Assembly: GCF_009914755.1 (NCBI RefSeq)
Contig: NC_060931.1
Strand: one strand, 5' to 3'
Length of the DNA: 64,000 bases
Origin: the human T2T-CHM13v2.0 reference genome, Homo sapiens
Shown here: positions 39,554 to 52,400 of the stretch, piece by piece
How the letters are laid out: every line of letters begins with the position of its first letter
Position numbering within the stretch: the first letter of the stretch is position 1
Translations under genes and position numbers: made by a program
Notes under the pieces: model-generated
Seen by the model: the letters and a program-made list of their open reading frames with translations, nothing else
Told to the model about the DNA's origin: nothing
The model's database searches: none

Positions 39554-42500
39554 CAAGTTTTTTTCTATAAAACCACCTATTGCACTCAGGGTAGGGTAAA
39601 TGATGCATCATGCCTGCTGGCAACATGGGCCCTATCTGGAAAGTGAGTGCCACCACCATGGCACAGTGCTGTGCAGTGCCTGTGTGGTGCTGAATCTCAG
39701 GAGCAGCCCCCATCCTGTGAACCACAACTACAGGGACCTTAGACATAAGCAAAGACCTCTGGTGTCCAGGCCTGCCAGCAAGCAGATGCTTAACCCTGTC
39801 CTTGGGGTCTGCAGGGAGGTCAGGCCAGTGGAGAGGTTGCAAGACCCATGTGTGGTCTCCCACACTCCCTCCCATGCTATGCAATGGGGCCAACCACACA
39901 CCCGATCTGCCTGGGAGGGTCCTGGTATGCCCACTGCCTCGCTGAGTTATGAGGAATGCTGCCTCTCACATCTCACCAGTATCGCATTTGAAGGACAGAT
40001 TATGTCTTCCCTTCCCCACCCTGTGGACCTTCGCTTCCTCATGTGCAAGTGGGGGATGATATGCTTACATGGTTATGCAGTGGGGGTATCGATGAGATCC
40101 ATCTATCAATACCCTGCATCCAGCAACCACCTGGAGCACACCTGCAGTTCACAAGCTGGGCTTCCTGCTGCAGTGAGGGGACCAAGCACTGCCTGGAGCC
40201 AGGGAGCTTCTCTGAAGGAGGTGTTGGAAAGTACTTGTTCCAGAACTTGGGCTTGTATTGGGAGTTTGGGGGAGGGTTGAAAGAAGCCTTTGCTCCAGAT
40301 TGGATGCTGTCAGAGGCAGGGTACATTCTATCACCTGACATCTTCCCCAACCTTACCTAGAGGGAAGGAAGACAAGACCAAAGTTAATGCTGCAATTGAC
40401 AAAGAGGTAGTGGTCATGAAATAGACACACGGGAGGGGATGTGAGGTCATTTTTGTCCATATTTTGCATGAGCTGAGCCATGATAGCTACCAAGTGACCT
40501 TGCTTTGTCTTGACCCATCATGGTCACAGAGCGACCTTGTCTGATGCTGACAACCTGTGCAGTTCAACAGGAGAACACCAATGCCTTGCCAGCAGTGGTT
40601 GCTGTCCTCCTGAGGACTCACTGCTCCTCCTCTGGGGCCGACTGCTGACCGTGGGAGGGGAATATGCCATGGGTTTTTTGTTTTTTTTTTTTTTGCAGAG
40701 CAAGGGCAGGGGACTCTGATGCCTTCAGCTCTGGCCATCCTGAGTGCTGTGATCTGCTTCCCCTTCTTTCTACACCACTCGCAATCCCACCACGCTGCTG
40801 CAGTCACTGCCAACTCATAGAGCCTTCTAAGGGCCCCAGGGTCTCTGGGACACCCCCTCTCCCCTGGGAGGGAAGCAAGGTCCTCATGAAGGTCCCAGGT
40901 GCAGGTGCTGAAAGAGTGTGGAGGTGCCTCCTTGAGTGTCAAAGTCTGGGATTCCAGCTTTCAGCCTCAGGTTCCAGGTGTGTGTGCCGAAGTGGAATTT
41001 TCTGCTCTCATTCGCTCTCCTGTCTGGTAAGAGGAACTTGGGGAGTTTCCTCTCTAGGGGATGGAAAGGCCCTGGAGAGGCGGCCTTGCCCTGAACTGGG
41101 AAGGGGTGGGCATGGGAAAGCAGGGGCCTGGGCTCTACCTACTGCTTGCTGACAGCTTGGGCACAGCACTGCCCTCCCCGGGCTCCTGTCTCTTTTCTCT
41201 GTATGATTAGGTGGAGGTGGATGGGATTCTGCTTCTACTCCCAGTCCTTGGGCACCATGTACATTGCAGGTGCTCAAAGTGTTGGTCTTTCCTTCCCTTT
41301 CTAGGTCTCCATTTCCTCATCTATACAGTAGGGAGCAACACTGTCCTGATTATAAATAAGACAATAGGTGAATGCACTCAGCAAGCCTGGGGGCAGGGAT
41401 GCGTAGAGAAGCTTCTTGCAAAGGTGAAGAATGCGTGCTCTGAGCCCTGTGCTGAGAGGCAGGTGAGAGGACAGCAAGCCCAGCGACTGAGGCCTACAAA
41501 ATGCCCCCTGCAGAGAGGGAGGAGGAGCAGTGTTCTAAAGTGGGTGGGAGGCAGCATCCCCAGTGCTTGCAGGAGGAGCAGGACTGCTTGTACTTGCTCA
41601 GGTGAGTGGTAGGTTAGGTTCTTAGGCATCTGCTGGGTATCAGATGCTGCACAAGCATCATCTCCATGAATTTAATCTTTCCATCATCCCTGAGAGTTGG
41701 GCATTACAGGGGCATAGTGGGATTGAAACACAGGTGTCCTGAGCCTGTGCATTTTCTACTAGGCAACTTGGTTCACATGTAATAATAGGACCCAAAAATA
41801 CACCTGCTATGCTGTGCTCACCTGATTTCATAACATCCTTGTGACCTGCGAGGTTGGTGTACTGTCCTCATTTTATGGATGAGAAAACTGAGGCTCAGAG
41901 AGGCTGAATAATTTGCTCATCCTTCCAAAGAACTAAACGGAAGAGAGGTCCTATAGCTGTGGGGCCTTCTATTCCTGGCAGGAAGTGTGCAGTACCCCAG
42001 GCCATTCTGACCCTACTGCAGGCAGGAGAAAAGGCACATCAACAAATCCAGCAGCAAGCTTCCTCTGAGGGCCTCCCTGGCCTTTCTTTGCACTAGTGCT
42101 GATGAAGAAACAGCCTTGTTCCTTCACCTAACATGGCTTCCTGCCACCCCCAGGATAAAGGTCAGAGTCCTCAGTCTGTGTTTGAGACTCTTCATGGTCT
42201 GGTCCCACCTGCATTTCCAGCCAATTCCTCCACAACGGCCCCCAGTGCAGCAGCCCTGGCCACCTGTCCCATCCCACCATCCTGCCTTGGCTCAAGCTGT
42301 TCCCTCTGTCCCATGCTATTCACACATAGAACAAGGAGAAGCTTGATATAGGCTAACCTGAATTTTCCATTTGAGAGCATTTTCAGCTTCTGGAAACAGA
42401 CATTTCACCCAAAATTCCAGATTCCCTGCTTCTCTGAAAATAAATAAATAAATACATACATACATACGTACATAAATCTGCTCTTACTCTGCACTATTCT

Positions 42501-43343
<843 letters not shown>

Positions 43344-44680
43344 CTCAATGTAGCTTATTATCAAAGTATTTACATAGAAAAATTAATCAAAGGGCACAAG
43401 CATTTCAATACTTAGGTTAAGATGAAATCTGTGGCCGGAAGAGTGCCAGACACACATGAAATGTTTTGTGCATGAAGGAACCACAACTTAAAATGATTTT
43501 CTGTTATGCGTTTTGGTATGTTATTTTGGAAATGTGATTAATCACGTATGTCAAGGACGTTGGGAAGAATTTCCAGATACTCTGATATGCATGACATCTT
43601 AATCATACAATATAAAGCAAGGCTATCTTAGGAAATTAGGTATCACTGCCAAAGACCTTTACATGAGAAGATAAATTAAAATTACTATTAAATTTGTAAC
43701 AGTCAGATGGGCTGGCAGGCAAGTTGTGTCATTTTTTTTCTTAGCATTTTTTCTTTTCCTTGATTCAATAAAACAAACTTAAATGCCAGCTATCTGCAGA
43801 ACCCTCACTAGACTATGTTTAATGATATGTGAAACACAGCCTGCACACTCACAGATCCTTGCCACGTCCCATCCTCTCAAAACCTGTGTTACCCTGTGGC
43901 TAGATTTCTCAAGGAGATGAAAGAGAGAGACGAATGAGAACCATCTTCTTTCAGGGTGCTCTGCACTGTTCCTGCAGGTAGACAACGACCTCTCCGGTAA
44001 GGCTATTATCCTTGGCTGGGGGGTGGAGGCCTTAATCCTAGAAAAGAGGCCTTTCAGGGTGGGGAGGCGATTTAAATTCTTATGAGAGAGACGCAGCTCC
44101 CCACCTCATCTGGACCTTCACAAACCTAAACTGGAACCGCCGGAAAAATGACTGACAACCGGCCACACAAGCCAGGCAGAGACGCGGGGAGAGGCTGACC
44201 ACAAGAAAGGAGGACGTAGAAAATACCACCCTCTGGCGCACAGGGCACATGTGTCCCAACACGCACACACAGACGGACACAGAGCAAAAGAGTGAGAAAG
44301 GGGAGAGAGAGAAACAAGAGAGAGATATACGTACACACACAAACGCACAAAGACATACAGCAGTGGCACGGTAACACCTACCCCCAGGTAGCCCCTGAAT
44401 TTTCAGGGTTCTGCTCTCCACGACTACAACCCACTGGTGAGAGAGCAGCCCAGGGGCACACAAGAAAACCTCTCCTTTTTTGAAGAGACTCACTGGCACA
44501 CTGTCCGTGCAGGCCTGAGGCTGGGATCCCGCACTGCTTCCCCGGCCCTCCGCCCGCAGCTTCTTCCTCCTGGACGACCCTCCGTGAATCCCGGCCTCCA
44601 GAGACTATCCTGTTGATGCCCTGGCCATGACTGGTCTTAGCCCCGGCCATGACTGGTCTTAGCCCCGACTCTGACTAATC

Positions 44681-44805
44681 CCTGTAGTCCCAGGTACTCG
44701 GGAGGCGGAGGCAAGAGAATCACTTGAACACAGGCGGCAGAGTTTGCAGTCAGCTGAGATCCCACCACTGCACTCGACTGAGCGACAGAGTGAGACTCTG
44801 ACTAT

Positions 44806-44838
<33 letters not shown>

Positions 44839-44839
44839 A
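44681..44839 (+). mobile_element. Alu right arm with poly(A) embedded in macrosatellite unit 1
   Basis: CCTGTAGTCCCAGGTACTCGGGAGGC...GAGTGAGACTCTG followed by an A tail. Confidence 0.88.
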
Positions 44840-45180
44840 TGACCGTGGAGCGGCGGCTGCGGGAGTAGGGCGGCGGCGGGTGAAGTGAAGATTGGGAGAG
44901 AGGCCTCGTCAACCCTCCCCGAATCCAGGCCTGAGGCTGGGATCTCGCGCTGCCGCCCAGGTGATCCGCCTGAGGTTTCTTCCTTGTGAGGTTTCTTCCT
45001 GGTGGTCGACCCTCCGAGAATCCCAGGCTCCGGAGACCATCCTGTTAATGCCCTGGCCAGGACTGCTCTCAGACTTGACCCTGACGCACTATCACACGGG
45101 GCTCCTACTTCGCAAAGTCTCAGAAACCCATCCCCGGGCAACAGTGTCAATCACTACGACCAAAGCGGAGGCTCAGGCCT

Positions 45181-45257
45181 TGCGCATGCGCACTGGCAAG
45201 GCCGACTCCCAGCTTGCTTCGGAGAGTCAGGCCTCAGATCCTTTAAAAAATGGCGGC
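45181..45257 (+). promoter_or_regulatory. Promoter-like module: perfect NRF1 palindrome, TTTAAA element and YY1 motif
   Basis: TGCGCATGCGCA at 45181-45192; TTTAAAAAATGGCGGC at 45242-45257, in CpG-rich context. Confidence 0.65.
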
Positions 45258-48200
45258 GATGCGCGGCCGGGGGTCTGGGGCAGCGGTGGCGGTGGCAGCG
45301 CAGTCCGAGGCGGCGGGTGGGAAGAGGACTACAAGAGGGTACTGCGGGAGACCCAACGGTTGGACCCATAGAGGTCCTGTCATCAGGACCTTCTTAATCG
45401 GTCTTCTGCTTCGGTTCCCAGTGGAGGAGGAGCTTCAGGGTGCGGCTGGGCTCTCTGGACTCCTCTTCAGATCTGACTATGGATCCCACGGGGTGATCAG
45501 GAATGGGGTTACAATGCAGTGGGGCGGGAAGGGTCTCGCTGGGGCACAGAAAGATCCTAAGGGCTGCAAGGCGTACTGTCGCTGAAAATGCACTGACCCA
45601 TGAGCCCACTGCCTCCCTCCTTCCTAGGTGGAGCAGTGGTCTGACTTCATCTCCAAGGTTCGGGGCTCTGTTATCCCGACACTGCTTTCCGTGGCATGTG
45701 CAAGGAGAGACAGAGGCGAGTCCGAGATGGAGCCAATGTGACCACACGTGGCACTAATGTTCCCCAAGAGTAGATGGAGTCAGTGTGTGTCTTTGAGGCC
45801 GTATGGGGCGATGCTGAGACGGATGGTGACGTCCAGGTGTGTGCAGGTGGGTCACTGGGACCTCCCACACAAAGCCAAGGAAAAGCCAAGCACACTAGAA
45901 AACCTGTGAGACAGGGCCTGTGCCTGAGTCCAAGCCACATTCAGGGATGACTGCCAGAGGGGCCAAGAGGTTTTGATAAACGACACCACACCGACATCCC
46001 GCCACCGGTAGGTACCCCTGACGCCACGTCCCCTGCACCCAGAAAAACCCAGTCCCTTTGGCTCCCTGACATCTGTGGCAGCCAAAAGATTCAGTGCTTG
46101 GAGGCACTTTCCCCAGGAGCAGAGGAACCGGATGGCCCTCAGGAATGAGAGAGGAAGGGCAGGTGGGATGCAACACTAACTTTTCTAGAAGACAAAGGTC
46201 AGCCATGGTGGGGTTGCCTCCCGCTCTTCCTGGACTGACCACGAAGCCATCACTTGGGACATGCAGACAAAGGGAGCTTCCCTGTCCAGGACAGGTATGG
46301 AAGCCCAGAACTCCAAGATCATCATTCCCTATCATCCAGAAATAGGTTGGAGAGGGAAGCAATCATAAAAGAGACCCCAACGAAATTTCTCCCTAATAGA
46401 CTGGGAAGTATTCTTTGTTGAAGACATTGAGCCAGACTAAGAAGCCTCTAGGCTTCACAGAAACTGGGCAGACAGAGCAAGAGGGAGGACAGCGCAGAGG
46501 CCAATGCCACAGCACAATGCCACTATCACGGGCATCCGGGAAAAAGTGCCAAATGGGTGACTTGGCCAGGAAGTGGCAGACATGCTTGCCCCATCTTGTA
46601 GCCAGCTTCCTTTTCTGTCCCAGTGTATAGCTGTGGGTAGATTTCTCAATGAGGCAAAGGGCGAGAGGAGTGAGAACCATCTTCTTGAAGGTCTGTGGGC
46701 ACACTCGTGCGGGTGGACAATGAGCACCTGTGAGGCCTTTGTCCTTGGTTGGGGTGTGGTCGTCTTGATCCTAGCAAGGAGGCAGCACAGGATGGGAAGG
46801 GTATTAAAATTCCTGCAAGACAGGCTGGAGGCATGAAGCCCCTTCACTGAAGCACAGCCATGGACAACCCCTGTTATGCCAAAATTCAGGGACTGGATAT
46901 TAAGACAACAGTGGAAATCACTGTGACAAGACAATCAGCTAGAGCCTCATGGAGGCACATTGTCTAGGCTGACTAAAGCTCCGGTGCTGGAAGTCAGGCA
47001 GCTGCCCCCTTAAACAATAGCCACTGCGCGGTAGCAGAGGGGCTCCTGTTGCAGCCTCGGCAGTGACTGGATCCGGGGTCCAGTTTGCGGCAGCCTGGGA
47101 GAGGGTGCCGCCGGTGTCCTGTCCCAGGGCCAAACCCCCAGGAGTCCTGTCATCAGGACCTCCTTGAGCCGACTCCCACCAAGGGAGGGGGAGCTTCAGG
47201 ACGCCTGCTGGGTTCTTGGGACTCCCCTTCAGATGTGATTTTGGCCTCCTCCGAGTGAGATAGGATGGGCTCACCACATCTGGTGAGGCAGGCAGGGCCT
47301 CACTGCAGCACAGAATGATCCCATGGGTCTCAAGGCTTGGTGTCAGCTGAAAATTCACTGATCCGTCAGCCCTCTGCCTCCCTCCTCCTTTGAAAGAGCA
47401 CTGGCCTGCTGGGCTTCTAAAAGCCCTGGGGCTCCGGAAGCTGACCGCAATTTACAGGACATGTGCAAGCAGGAACAGGGGCGAATCTCAGGTGGAGACC
47501 ATGCGATGACGCGTGGCACTGACCCATCCCACAGCAGATGGCGTGAATGTGTGTAAACAGAGGAATGTGGGGCAAAGCTGAAACAAACGGTGGTGTCTAG
47601 GCATGTGTCCGGTGGAAGGGGGGAACAAGTGACATTTCCATCATAGCAATGAAAAATTAAAGAACACCTGGGAACCAGGAGGGAGTTTGTGACTGACCGG
47701 GGCCAAATTTTGAAATTCCTGCCAGAGGAGCAAAGAGGTTTCTGCAAAATTCACCCTACCACCAAAGCTCCATCGCCCAGGTAGCCCTCACACAACGTCC
47801 CTTGCACCAAGCCCCAGTCCCAGCACCAACCCAAGCCCAAGCCCCAGCCCCAGCCCCAGACCCAGCCCAGTCCCCTTGGTTCCCTGACATTCGTTATGGC
47901 CAAAAGATCCAGGGAGTCAGTCCACCCAGGAGCAGAGGAGAGGATGTCCCTCAAGAATGAGACAGGAAGTGCAGAGGAAATGCACCACCACCTGTGCTAG
48001 AAGAAAAGGCCAGTCACGATCGACTAGAGCTCATTCTAGGCATTCCACCCACCAATGAAGGGAAACACGGAGAACAAACAAGCTTTCCTGTCTGAGACAC
48101 TTATGGGAGCAAACAGCTCCGTGGTAACGGGATCTGCCCAATCAAGCAGAAACAGGTTAGGAGAGAGAAACAGTCATAACAGGGATCTCCAGGAAATGTC

Positions 48201-48686
48201 TCCCTGACAGACTGGGAAGTTAAGGACTGGGAAGTCCCTGAAGGACAGGGAAGACATGTGGCCAGAGCGAGAGGCATCTAGGCCAGGGGAGGCAGAGCAA
48301 GAGGGAGGACAGAGCAGAAGAAGCAGGAGGGAGGACAGAGCAGAGGGAGGACAGAGCAAGAGGGAGGAGAGAGCAGAGGCCACAGCCAAGGCAGGATACA
48401 GCACCATGTCACCTCCACGTGCATAAAGGGAGAGGTTCCAAAAGGGCAGCTTGTCCAGAGAGGCCAGTGTTCCAGTGACAGGGATTGCTGCTATCTCTCA
48501 TTCCTGGCTTCTTCTTACAGACTGTATCGTGGTGTGGCTTCATTTCTCAGAGAAGAGCCGTGAAAAGATACAAGCATCTTCTCTGACGTGGGTCCGCTGC
48601 TCTCCTGCAGGACAAAGAGCTCCTGTGGGGCTCTTGTCCTTGGCTGCAGTGTGTTCATCTTGATCCTAGAAAAGAGGCCGCTCAGG

Positions 48687-49232
48687 ATGGGGATGAGATT
48701 TCAGTTGCTCCGGGACCGACGCATCTCCTCCCGTGGGCCAGGTCCTCATGCACACAAAGCGGATCCGTGGCGGCGAAAACAATTGACAACTGGCCTCATG
48801 ACCCAGGCAGAGACGCAGAAAGAGGCTCACCAAAGACAGGCCGCCATGCCAGAAACCGTTTTGTGGTGCACAGGGCACATTCGGCCAAAGACACACACGC
48901 ACAAGGGCACACACGCACAAACCCACAGAGAGAGGGAAAGAAACACACAGAGACTGAGAGACAGAGAGAGAAGAGAGAATGGGAGACACACACACACCCA
49001 CACAGACACACACACGCACACGCACACACACAAACACACAGAGTCATACAGCAGAGGCATTGAAACACACTCCCCCAGGCAACCCCTGAGACTGCGGGGT
49101 TCTGCTCTCGATGAGAAAGACCCTCGGGTGAGAGAGCAGCCCAGGGGCACGCAGCCCGACCTGTCCTTGAGATCACGGCGGCACGACTTTTGGGGAGACT
49201 CACCCCAACCAACACCGTCCGGGCAGGCCTGA
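48687..49232 (+). pseudogene. FAM27D/E-like ORF (181 aa from the first ATG) in the macrosatellite; probably non-coding
   Basis: MGMRFQLLRDRRISSRGPG...LTTGLMTQAETQKEAHQRQAAM...RERERNTQRLRDRERRENGRHTH matches FAM27 putative proteins as I recall them; partly encoded by CA/GA microsatellite. Confidence 0.75.
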
Positions 49233-49387
49233 GGCTGGGATGCCGTGCTGCTTCCCCCGGACTCCGCCTGGGGTTTGCCCCGACACCCAAGCACCTCCAT
49301 GGAGGGCTCCTGCTTTGCCAAGCCTCGGGGACTGGTTTCTAAGACAACGGTGGGAACCACTGTGATGGGAGAAGCCGCTGGCTCCTC

Positions 49388-49456
49388 GCGCATGCGCATT
49401 GGCTGGGCCGACTCCCGCTCCACTCCTGGCAGTCAGGCTGCGTCCCCTTTAAATAA
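49388..49456 (+). promoter_or_regulatory. NRF1 site, inverted CCAAT and TATA-like element in unit 3
   Basis: GCGCATGCGC 49388-49397, ATTGG 49398-49402, TTTAAATAA 49448-49456. Confidence 0.6.
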
Positions 49457-52400
49457 CGCCACCACTGCGTGGCGGCAGCGAGGCTCCTGCTGCAGCCGCG
49501 ATGGCGGCTGGATCCGGGGTCCAGTTTGGGGCGGTGTGGGAGAGGGCCCGCGGGTGTCCTGTCAAAGGGCCAAACCCCCAGGAGTCCTGTCCTCAGGACC
49601 TCCTTGAGCTGACTTCCACCGAGGGATGGGGAACATCAGGACGCCTGCATCTGTTCTCAGGACTCCACTTCAGATCTGATTTTGGCGCCCTCCGAGTGAG
49701 ATAGGATGGACTCACCACATCTGGTGAGGCAGGCAGGGCCTCCCTGCAGCACAGAATGATCCCATAGGAATCAAGGCCTAGTGTCAGCTGCAAGTGCACT
49801 GATCCATCAGCCCTCTGCCTCCCTCGTCCTTTGAAAGAGCAGTGGCCTGCCCCGCTTCTAAAAGCCCTGGGGCTCCGGAAAGCAGACCACGCTTTATGGG
49901 ACACGTGCAAACAGGAACAGGGGCGAATCCGAGGTGGAGACCATGTGACCACGCGTGGCACTGGCGTATCCCACAGCAGATGGTGTGAATGTGTTTCACA
50001 GGAGGCATACGGGGCGACGGCGAAACACACGGTGTTGTCCAGGTATGTGCCGGTGGAAGGGGGGAACGAGTGACCTGTCCATCAATGTCCAGGAAAATCG
50101 AAGAACACCGGGGACCTGGTGGGTTGGGGGGCCTGTGCCTGACCCAAGCCACATTTTCAAATGCCTACCAGAAGAGCAAAGAGATTTCTGCAAAATTCGC
50201 CCCACCCCCAACCCTCCACCGCCCTGGTAGCCCTGACGCATCTTCGACTGCACCCAGCCCCAGCCACAGCACCAACCCCAGCCCAGTCCCTTTGGTTCCC
50301 TGACATTCGTTTCGGACAGAAGTTCAAAGGAGTCAGTACACCCAGGAGCAGAGGAGAGGATGTCCCTGAAGAATGAGACAGGAAGTGCAGAGGAAATGGG
50401 ATACCCTCTGTCCTAGAAGAAAAGGCCAGTCATGGTCGCTTAGCGCTCATCCTAGGCAATCCCCCCACCCATGAGGGGAAACGTGGAGAAGAAGGAAGCT
50501 TCCCTGCCTGAGACACGTAGGGAAGTCAAGAGCTCCAGGGTCATGAGACCTGCCCAATCAAGCAGAAACACGTTTGGAGAGAGAAACAATCATGACACGG
50601 ATCTCCAGGAAGTGTCTCCCTGACAGACTGGGAAGTCATCTTTGTTGAAGACATTTGACCAGAGCGAGAGGCATCCAGGCCCCTGAGAAACAGGGTAGGG
50701 AGAGCAAGAGGGAGGACAGAGCAGAGGCCAGAGCCCAGAGCCCAGGCAGGATACAGCACCATGCCACCGCCACAGGCATAAGGGAAGGGGTTCCAAAAGG
50801 GTGGCTTGTCCAGAGAGGCCAGCGTTCCAATGACAGGGATTGTTGCCATCTCCCATTCCCGGCTTCCTCTTCCAGACTGTAACATGGTGTGGCTTCATTT
50901 CTCAGAGAAGAGCCGTGAAAAGATACAACCATCTTCTCTGACGTGTGTCCGGCCCTCTCCTGCAGGACAAAGAGCTCCTCTGGGGCTCTTGTCCTTGGCT
51001 GCAGTGTGTTCATCTTGATCCTAGAAAAGAGGCCCCTCAGGATGGGGATGAGATTTCAATTGCTCCGGGACTGACGCATCTCCTCACGTGGGCCAGGCCT
51101 TCACACACCCAAAGCGGATCCGCGGCAGTGAAAACCACTGACAACCGGCCTCATGACCCAGGCAGAAACACAGAAAGAGGCTCACCGAAGACAGGGCGAC
51201 ATGCGAGAAATCGCTTTGTGGCGCATAGGGCACATTCCGCCAAAGATACATACTCACACGGGCACACACACAGAAACCGACAGGGAGAGTGAAAGAGACA
51301 CACAGAGACTGAGAGACACAGAGAGAAGAGAGAATGGGAGGCACACACACACTCACACACACACACACAGACACACACACAGAGTCATACAACAGAGGCA
51401 TTGAAACACACAACCCCATGCAAGCCCTGAGGCTGCGGGGTTCTGCTCTCGACAAGAATGACCCTCAGGTGAGAGAGCAGCCCAGGGACACGCAGGCCAA
51501 CCTGTCCTCGAGTTCACGGCTGCACGAATTTTGGGGAGGCTCACCCCAACATCATCCGGGCAGGCCTGAGGCTGAGATGCTGTGCTGCTACCCTCGGACT
51601 ACGCCTGTGGTTTCCTCATCCTGGTCGGCTCCTGGCCGAACGGAGACGTTCCCATCGACCCCGTGGAGAGGTCAGGCCGGAGTCTCAGAGCCGGACACCC
51701 AAGCACTGCCACGGAGGGCTCCCGCTTTGCCAAGCCTCAGGGACTAGTTTCTAAGACAACCGTGGGAAGCACTGTGAGGTGAGAAACTGCTCGCGCCTCG
51801 CGCATGCACATTGGCTGGGCCAACTCGCGCTCCACTCCTGGCAGTCAGGCTGCCTCCACTTTAAATTAGACCGCGGTTGCATGGCGGCAGCGAGGCTTCT
51901 GCTGCAGCCGCGGAGGCTGCTGGATCCGGGGTCCAGTTTGGGGCTGCGTGAGAGAGGGGACCGCGGGTGTCCTGTCCCAGGGCCAAAACCCTGGGAGTCC
52001 TGTCCTCATGACCTCCTTAAGCCGACTTCCACCGAGGGAGGGGGAGCTTCAGGGCGCCTACTGGGTTCTCGGGACTCCCCTTCAGATCCAATTTTGGCCC
52101 CCTCGGAGTGAGACAGGATGGGCTCACCACATCTGAGGAGGCAGGCAGGGCGTCCCTGCAGCACAGATTGATCCCATGGGTCTCAAGGCGTGATGTCAGC
52201 TGAAAATTCACTGATCCATCAGCCGTCTGCCTCCCTACTCCTTTGAAAGAACAGTGGACTGCGCGGCTTCTAAAAGCTCTGGGCCTCCGGAAAGCCGACA
52301 GTGCTTTACAGGACACGTGTATACAGGAACAGGGGTGAATCCAAAGTGGAGACCATGGGGCCACGCGTGGTACTGGCGTATCCCACAGTAGATGGTGTGA

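Noticed and set aside
39600-40280. 226-aa ORF
   Set aside because: No recognisable homology, crosses a MIR-like fragment, and such ORFs are expected by chance in GC-rich DNA.
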